A stretch of DNA of 64,000 nucleotides, from positions 64,001 to 128,000 of the forward strand of contig JBGAHS010000009.1 in the NCBI GenBank assembly GCA_044226015.1. The letters run 5' to 3'. Below the pieces are notes generated by a model that saw only the letters and a list, made by a program, of their open reading frames with translations, did no database searches and was not told where the DNA came from. This DNA comes from Candidatus Obscuribacteraceae bacterium (GTDB taxonomy: Bacteria; Cyanobacteriota; Vampirovibrionia; Obscuribacterales; Obscuribacteraceae). Positions within the stretch are counted from its first letter, which is position 1; each line of letters opens with the position of its first letter. Of this stretch, positions 57,830-64,000 are shown in pieces. The translations under genes were made by a program, and so were the position numbers.

Positions 57830-58921
57830 ATGAACGATTTGAAACGAACTATTTTTCGTGTGGTTCCTCTTTTTCTCGGGTTGGCGCTGATGATACAGTG
57901 TGCCGCAGTGGCCCAGCAGCGCTTTATGTATGAGGGGCATGAAGTCAGCAAAGAGTATTTTGATGCATTGAATCTTGCCATTACTGCCACTCCGCTGCTT
58001 CGATCGGGTAAGTTTGAGGAAGCTAAAGTTATTTTGGAAAAGGTGGTACCGTTACTTACCGATAATGGACCTGTTCTCGGTAATTATGCGATGGTGCTGG
58101 CTCGTCTTGGCCAGCCTAAAGATGCAATTCCATATTACGAGAAGGCTATCCAGCTCGACCCTGCATCTGAGGCGAACATGATTGGGTATGCTGGTGCATT
58201 GGTCGCCGTGGGAGATAATGCGAAGTCAGTTGAGGTTGGAAAAGACTTTCTAAAGAAGTTTCCTAAGAGTGCTATGTATCCTCAAATGAAGAATCAGGTT
58301 GCTACTCTTCAACGTGAATTGAAGCGATCTGGCGTTCCTTCCTCACAGGAGAAAAGTGATGGTGGAACTGATTATTTTAATGAGGCTGTCACGGGAATTC
58401 AGCGCCGTTGGGAGCAAAGGAGAATTCCTGTTTACATTACAGATGGCACTGGAGTTGAGCACTGGAAGCCAGAATACAGTCAAATGATGCATAAGGCGTT
58501 TGAGGAATGGATGAGTCGTGGACAGAATGTGGAAATCTTCGATTTTGTTGATGACCCCAAGAGTGCAAAGATAATTTGCGAGTGGTCTGCTAACCCGAAG
58601 AAGTTGCGGAACCCTGCGGAGCAAGGTCAGACCGATACTACATTTGGCAACAATGGTCAGATGATGAAGGCAACAATTATAATGCTGACTTTCACTTCGA
58701 CAAACCCCGATATAAAACTATCAGATGCTAAGTTCATGCATACTGCACTTCATGAGGTTGGACACGCCCTTGGAATTCATGGTCACAGCAACAATCCCAG
58801 GGATGTGATGTACTTCGCTTCGGTCGATGATGCTCCTGCTTCTCTTTCTGAGCGTGATGTAAATACATTTTGGAAACTATACGGTCATGTACCTGCAGCT
58901 GCCGCTTCAAATGCAAATTGA
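57830..58921 (+). CDS. Secreted TPR + matrixin (metzincin) metalloprotease
   Basis: Signal peptide, TPR helices, HEVGHALGIHGHS..DVMY (zinc motif and Met-turn). Confidence 0.9.
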   Translation: MNDLKRTIFRVVPLFLGLALMIQCAAVAQQRFMYEGHEVSKEYFDALNLAITATPLLRSGKFEEAKVILEKVVPLLTDNGPVLGNYAMVLARLGQPKDAIPYYEKAIQLDPASEANMIGYAGALVAVGDNAKSVEVGKDFLKKFPKSAMYPQMKNQVATLQRELKRSGVPSSQEKSDGGTDYFNEAVTGIQRRWEQRRIPVYITDGTGVEHWKPEYSQMMHKAFEEWMSRGQNVEIFDFVDDPKSAKIICEWSANPKKLRNPAEQGQTDTTFGNNGQMMKATIIMLTFTSTNPDIKLSDAKFMHTALHEVGHALGIHGHSNNPRDVMYFASVDDAPASLSERDVNTFWKLYGHVPAAAASNAN

Positions 58922-59262
58922 TTGGGATAAGACCAAGATGATGATTCAAACAAGACGATCTGAATAAACCGACTCGATGATGCGAACAAGACGACGATAT
59001 GAATGGACTATTCGATACTGGTAGGATTGCGGTTTGTGTTTGCATAATTGTTCAGTTCCACTCGATTGTGTTAAAACGAAAGACGAAAATTGATTTCTTG
59101 GCCTGAAGCTGAAAGTTGTGGCAGTGCTAGGCTTTTCGGGCGTGTGTCGCAAGCTTGGGTGAGTTGGCGATTTGTTTGATTCGTATTTACCACCAAAGTT
59201 TTTGCTGAAAATTCTATTTCCGCATGTACGCTAAGCATATGAGGCAATAATGGTTGGTGTTT

Positions 59263-60360
59263 ATGGTTGATAGAGCTGCCGGAAATTTCGACGAATCGAA
59301 AGATAATAAGACGGACCCTAATGAAAGTGCTTCAGCAGTGAATTCGCTGCGGGGAGAGTACTTGTCCTCGGAAAAGAAGCCTTTGCTGTCAGCTCATCAA
59401 AGAGATGAGGATGACGCGGTTGAGTTTAAGGCAAGGTATCAAAATTCCAACTTCGTTCTGGATGCACCCAAGCCAGGACAGGGCCCCTACCAGATCCTCA
59501 AAGAAATGGCAGAGCAGAAAAGAATAAAGCTTCGCGATGATGAGCTGCTGCCAGAGGCTCGAAGAATAAGAGACCGGGACTTCAAGGAATGGGGACGCGA
59601 ATTTTATACTAAGGATGATGTTAGTGCTCGATGGACAGCAACTGAAATAGACGAGAGGGTCGCTCTTGCTGCAAAGAAAGTGAAAGGCATCGATGTTTCG
59701 ATGTGGCAGGGTGATATAGATTGGCAGAAAGTGAAAGATTCTGGTGTAAAGTTTACTTTCATTCGTGCCACCAAGGGCAGTGACCTTGTCGATCCAAAAT
59801 TTGAGCAAAATCGCAAAGGTGCTCATGACGTTGGGCTTGCTGTTGGCTATTATCATTATTTCAAGCCAGATCAGCCCGTGGCGGACCAAATTAAGGCTTT
59901 TGTCTCGACAGTAGGCACCGTGGAGAAGGACAATCTTCGTCTTGTTATTGACACAGAGAATGCGAAGTTATGGGAGCCGTTCACCCAAGAGCAACGATTG
60001 AAAATGATCGATGACTGGTGTAACGGCATAAAGAAAGAACTTGGTGTGACACCAGAAGTCATGATTTATGGCAGTCCGAGCTTCTTCGACGATACTCTAA
60101 AAAGTGCGCCAGAGCTTTCCAAGCATGATTTATGGATTGCAAATTACAAGGTTCCGGAGCCTCGCGTGCCCAAACCCTGGACAACATGGAAATTCTGGCA
60201 ATATTCGGAGACCGGAAAGGTACCAGGAATTGACGGCAATGTTGATCTCGACATGTATAATGGAACTGACCTGAACGGCAGCGGCTCGACAGAGAATCAA
60301 TCTCCGAAGCCAAAAGGTCCATCGCACAGCCATAAACATAAACACAAACACAACCATTAA
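59263..60360 (+). CDS. GH25 lysozyme (muramidase) with a charged N-terminal extension and a His-rich tail
   Basis: GIDVSMWQGDIDW, FIRATKG, GYYHYF, IDTE (DxE), LWIANY, FWQYSETG, VDLD. No signal peptide. Ends SHSHKHKHKHNH. Confidence 0.93.
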   Translation: MVDRAAGNFDESKDNKTDPNESASAVNSLRGEYLSSEKKPLLSAHQRDEDDAVEFKARYQNSNFVLDAPKPGQGPYQILKEMAEQKRIKLRDDELLPEARRIRDRDFKEWGREFYTKDDVSARWTATEIDERVALAAKKVKGIDVSMWQGDIDWQKVKDSGVKFTFIRATKGSDLVDPKFEQNRKGAHDVGLAVGYYHYFKPDQPVADQIKAFVSTVGTVEKDNLRLVIDTENAKLWEPFTQEQRLKMIDDWCNGIKKELGVTPEVMIYGSPSFFDDTLKSAPELSKHDLWIANYKVPEPRVPKPWTTWKFWQYSETGKVPGIDGNVDLDMYNGTDLNGSGSTENQSPKPKGPSHSHKHKHKHNH

Positions 60361-61094
60361 TGATTGATCGCGACAGATTTCACTTCGTCCTTGTTCGTCC
60401 AACATATTTGGGAAACATCGGTTCTGCAGCTAGGGTATTAAAAAACTTCGGATTCAAGAATCTCCGACTGGTTTCAGCGCCGAAAAATTACAAAGATGCC
60501 GAAGCTCGTAAGATGTCCGTTGGGGCGTTTGATCTGCTGAAGACTGCGATTTGTTTTGACTCTGTGAAAGAAGCTGTTCAGGATTTGTCTCTGATAATAG
60601 GGACTACTTGCGCTTATCAGAGAGACTGCCAGCCGGATTTTCTCGATGTGGTGAGTAAAGATATAAAAGCAAAGACGCAGGATAAAATCGCTATTCTGTT
60701 TGGTGATGAACGCGATGGATTGACTCGGGAGGAGTTGGATTATTGTCATTACACCATAAGCATTCCTACCGAATCTGATTTTCCTTCTCTAAATGTGGCT
60801 CAGGCTCTCGGTCTTTTCGCATATGAACTCATTAGAGGGTCCGATGAGAAAATTGAGTCGCTGGAAGCCGGGGTGAATATGTCCGAGACAGATGAGTATT
60901 TTGCGCGACTTGCATTATTCCTGTCTGCGGTTGGTTTCACAAAGTCTTTCAGCGAAGAACGAATAATCACTGAACTTCGTGGCTTGTTCAATAAATCGAG
61001 ACCGACTGCTCGCGAAATGAAATTACTGAATGCGCTGCTCCGGAAAGTTGAGCAGACTGCTTCAGTGTCTATGCCCCTTTCAAAGTCTGAGTAA
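60360..61094 (+). CDS. trmJ: tRNA/rRNA 2'-O-methyltransferase, TrmJ/LasT SPOUT family
   Basis: VLVRP..GNIGSAARVLKNFG..LRLV, LFGDERDGLT.EEL, SLNVAQA. Confidence 0.9.
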   Translation: MIDRDRFHFVLVRPTYLGNIGSAARVLKNFGFKNLRLVSAPKNYKDAEARKMSVGAFDLLKTAICFDSVKEAVQDLSLIIGTTCAYQRDCQPDFLDVVSKDIKAKTQDKIAILFGDERDGLTREELDYCHYTISIPTESDFPSLNVAQALGLFAYELIRGSDEKIESLEAGVNMSETDEYFARLALFLSAVGFTKSFSEERIITELRGLFNKSRPTAREMKLLNALLRKVEQTASVSMPLSKSE

Positions 61095-61209
61095 TTTGCT
61101 TTGCTTTATTTGCGATTGTTTCATGCAGACCACTTTGGTTCTCTTCATTTAGACCTGAGATAGGTTGATATTCATTGAACTGAACTCATGTTCTATGCAC
61201 GAATACATA

Positions 61210-63603
61210 TTATTCTGCAACATTGAGTTCAGATCTTAGATCAGCTGGTGAGCGGTATCGCTTGCTTGAGTCCAGGGCAGTACAAGTTTCAATCACCTTC
61301 GCAAGTGCGTCGGATAAGTCTGGTAAGACCTTCTTTGTACGGGAAACGCTCAACGGCTCGGGATCGGACCCCGTGAGAAGATAATGCAGCGTGCCACCCA
61401 TCGCATAAATGTCGCTAGCACACTCGGGCATACCTCTGAATTGCTCAGGCGGAAGATAGGCGTGCTTTCCAACAACTGTTCCACTCGTTGTTGACTCGAC
61501 TACTTGCTTAGCTACGTTGAAGTCGATCAACTTGAGCAATCCTTTATCATTCAAAATCAGGTTGTCTGGAGTAAAGTCTCTATGTACAACAGGTGGATTT
61601 AGCCCGTGTAAGTAGTTGAGGATTTCACACATTTGAGTTGCCAGAGCCTTCACCTTCTCTTGGTCGAAAGTGCCCTTGTTTTTCACAATCTGGCGAAGAG
61701 ATGCGCCGCTTATGTGCTCCAACACGAGATAGGCTCGGTGATCTTCTACGAAAAAGTCGACGAGCTTAACGATTTGTGGATGGTCAAGTTGTCTCAGAAT
61801 CTTCGCTTCGTTTTCGAATTGCTCTAGAGCACTTTTGCGAACATTTACATCAACGAACACTGGCAGAATAAACTCCTTTAGAACAACGGTGCCACTTGCA
61901 TTGGTATCAGTTGCAATATAGGCTTGCCCCTGTCCTCCAGTTCCTATCTGGTTTACGATTGTGTATCGATTGTTCTTCAGTATGGTTCCATTAACCAGTG
62001 GCTTCAAACGCTCTCGCTTGGGTGGTGCGCTCAGCGCCTGCATCCATAATTCTGTGTAGCTGTGGTCCGGCGGTGGCTGAAGCCCCTCGGTTACATTCGC
62101 ATCTCGTTCTGCGTTCGGAGCCCATTTTTGAATAGCTTTCAGTATAGTTTCTCTGTCTTCAATGGAGTCGATAGAGCCCATTTTGATTTTCTTGGTTTGT
62201 CCCTTCTGTGTGGTGAAGCACAATTCTGCATTTGTCATTCCTGTCTTACCTGCTGGAACCTTCAGGCTGATGCTTTTCACATCTTCCCACTTTTGATATG
62301 GTCCGCAAAAATCAAGCAAGTTTTTGCGGAACCAAATGAATCGCCAGCCGTTCTTACCAAGCCCTAGATATGTCGGCTTGCTCATGGCATAAATGGTGGA
62401 CCCTGCTGCAGACATCCAGAGCAAATTCCAGAGTGCGGAAAGAAAGCCCAAATTTGAAGTACTTTCGTCTTGCCATTCTGTTCCACCTTTCGTATGCCTT
62501 CCGAATGGGGTGTTGATGATCGGAGTATCCGAAGTATTAGGCGAAATCACATCAACTTGCTGCTGTTCGTTTTGTAGCAATTCGTTAGTTCTTCCGTTCA
62601 AAGAGAAGACTAGCTGGACAAGCGGGTAGAGTTTGGAATTTCTAATAGTATTGCGTGACGAGGGACTCACTTTTTGCCCTAGCAGCGCTTTTGTAGCTGT
62701 GATTTCATTGATGCCTGTTAAGCTGAATCCGAGTACGAACACCGCGATACAAGATGCAAGGATGATGATTTTTAGCTTTCCAATTGATTGTTCCTGTTGC
62801 TTTCTCCATTTTGTTAGTGCTGCAAACGGGTGGTATTCAATTAAAATGTCTGAGCCAGCATTGGGTCGGATAGGTGCTTTTGTCTTCGATGTTTCTCTGG
62901 AGAGATTTTTCTTAAATAAGTAGACCACAAGCATTTGCATACAGAGCCACGCATTCGTAAACTGCAGACCCATTAAGAGATAGCAATTCGCTAGTATTGG
63001 AAAGAGAAGAGAAGCGAAGGTCGAATGAGTTCCATTTTTCGCCTTTTCAATACCGCGATTGAGTTTGTATATCCACAGTGATTGGCCAAAAACCCAGAAC
63101 AAGAAAGCTACAACTGGCAGTGGCTCAAGTTGGTCTATGGGAGGATAGTTTATCGTCCAGTCATATGGTTTATGAAAAAGATACACCGGACTGATCATTC
63201 CTGAGAGGAAAATGATTGTGTAATCAAGGTAGTTTAGAGGCGGCTCAGTTCCGTACTTTCTTGCGGTGGCTCTGGATAATGAACGGACGCAATGCACCCA
63301 ATATAGTGGTGCGATAGCACTGACTGCTAAGTCATGAATTGGGTCTGCTAGTCCCCATGGCGTAATGCTTGTTATGCGAATGAACGTATAGGTGGCTGCG
63401 ATTCCTATAAGTGGATTCGGTAACTGAAGGCTGGCGGTGGAGACGGCGCTGCTGTTTGCAGGGGACGTTTTCACAACAATATGTGCGGATTGTTCTTTTC
63501 CTTCATCTGAGCTAACTGCTGCTGTATCAGCTGCTGCTGTATCAGCTGCTGCATGCAGCTCAATCCAACTTTCCTCTTTGGTATCTTGTTTTCGCCCGTT
63601 CAT
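61210..63603 (-). CDS. Multi-TM membrane protein with a C-terminal Ser/Thr kinase domain
   Basis: Several TM helices, then IGTGGQGQAY, VVLKEF, HRDFTPDN, IDFNVA, GKHAYLPPEQ and SDIY. Confidence 0.9.
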   Translation of the reverse strand: MNGRKQDTKEESWIELHAAADTAAADTAAVSSDEGKEQSAHIVVKTSPANSSAVSTASLQLPNPLIGIAATYTFIRITSITPWGLADPIHDLAVSAIAPLYWVHCVRSLSRATARKYGTEPPLNYLDYTIIFLSGMISPVYLFHKPYDWTINYPPIDQLEPLPVVAFLFWVFGQSLWIYKLNRGIEKAKNGTHSTFASLLFPILANCYLLMGLQFTNAWLCMQMLVVYLFKKNLSRETSKTKAPIRPNAGSDILIEYHPFAALTKWRKQQEQSIGKLKIIILASCIAVFVLGFSLTGINEITATKALLGQKVSPSSRNTIRNSKLYPLVQLVFSLNGRTNELLQNEQQQVDVISPNTSDTPIINTPFGRHTKGGTEWQDESTSNLGFLSALWNLLWMSAAGSTIYAMSKPTYLGLGKNGWRFIWFRKNLLDFCGPYQKWEDVKSISLKVPAGKTGMTNAELCFTTQKGQTKKIKMGSIDSIEDRETILKAIQKWAPNAERDANVTEGLQPPPDHSYTELWMQALSAPPKRERLKPLVNGTILKNNRYTIVNQIGTGGQGQAYIATDTNASGTVVLKEFILPVFVDVNVRKSALEQFENEAKILRQLDHPQIVKLVDFFVEDHRAYLVLEHISGASLRQIVKNKGTFDQEKVKALATQMCEILNYLHGLNPPVVHRDFTPDNLILNDKGLLKLIDFNVAKQVVESTTSGTVVGKHAYLPPEQFRGMPECASDIYAMGGTLHYLLTGSDPEPLSVSRTKKVLPDLSDALAKVIETCTALDSSKRYRSPADLRSELNVAE

Positions 63604-64000
63604 GATTTTATCGGCTCTTGAATTGGAATTCGATTTGGTTGAAGTGCTTTGAATAGCTTAATCACATCCTCTGCAGATGCTGGTCTTTCTTCAGGCTCAA
63701 ATTGAGAACACTGTGATATAACCTGGTTTAACTCATCTGAGATTTTCGAATTGTGCTGCTTGGGGATTGCAATCGCCAGTGGCAGGGGATCTTTGCCAGT
63801 CAGTAAATAGTGCATTGTTCCAGCAAATGCGTAGATATCGCTCTGAGTAGTGCTTTTGCCTCGCACCTGCTCTGCCGGCATGTAAGCCTGTTTGCCAACA
63901 ATGGTACCAGTGGCGGTGCCGACAAACTCATTAGCAGCTCCAAAATCTATCAGCATGATTTGTTCCTTTGCCAGTACCAAATTCTCAGGCGTCAAATCTC
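63600..64000 (-). CDS. C-terminal part of a second Ser/Thr kinase (5' end outside the window)
   Basis: The last window bases read RDLTPENL, then IDFGAA, GKQAYMPAEQ and SDIY. ATGA overlap with the downstream kinase. Confidence 0.9.
   Translation of the reverse strand, partial: DLTPENLVLAKEQIMLIDFGAANEFVGTATGTIVGKQAYMPAEQVRGKSTTQSDIYAFAGTMHYLLTGKDPLPLAIAIPKQHNSKISDELNQVISQCSQFEPEERPASAEDVIKLFKALQPNRIPIQEPIKS

Noticed and set aside
63523..63552. 15-bp duplication encoding AAADT twice
   Set aside because: A small in-frame slippage in a disordered N-terminus with no evident consequence.
1..64000. tRNA, rRNA, transposase, integrase or prophage genes
   Set aside because: None were recognised by eye or in the ORF track. 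A tRNAscan-SE/Infernal/ISEScan run would be needed to exclude them formally.

Overview
This is a chromosomal window of a moderate-GC bacterium, most likely a non-photosynthetic relative of Cyanobacteria (Melainabacteria/Vampirovibrionia, Obscuribacterales-like). That placement is inferred from cyanobacterial-type DnaJ-like and CtpA proteins, the absence of photosynthesis genes here, many Ser/Thr kinases and many orphan genes. Housekeeping content: rnhB-rbgA-rplS, a probable 6S RNA that the ORF track cannot show, nrdR, ctpA, mtnP, trmJ, a CoA-transferase plus methylmalonyl-CoA decarboxylase pair, an acyl-CoA carboxyltransferase, a SWIM-SNF2 helicase, an ALDH, a USP, and MATE and APC transporters. 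The most unusual part is 8-23 kb. Two genes there encode almost identical secreted VirB2/TrbC-pilin-like proteins: 108 identical C-terminal residues despite heavy synonymous divergence, and a shared promoter architecture with 11-bp-period GGTCA repeats. Around them lie orphan or hydrolytic proteins (an RRSP/ChaN-like protein, a protealysin-like protease, and a GH25 lysozyme further away) that lack Sec signals but share a charged N-terminal leader. Together these suggest a candidate lineage-specific pilus/secretion system with its cargo. Also present: a ~3320-aa PGRS-like glycine-rich surface protein with an unclassified C-terminal domain and a structured upstream region; three TACCAC-N8-GTGGTA operators between a MATE pump and a CGNR zinc-finger regulator; a hicAB locus with a frameshifted toxin; and a frameshifted Tat-exported flavoprotein. 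No rRNA, tRNA, IS element or CRISPR array was recognised. All homology calls are by eye from motifs; no searches were run.
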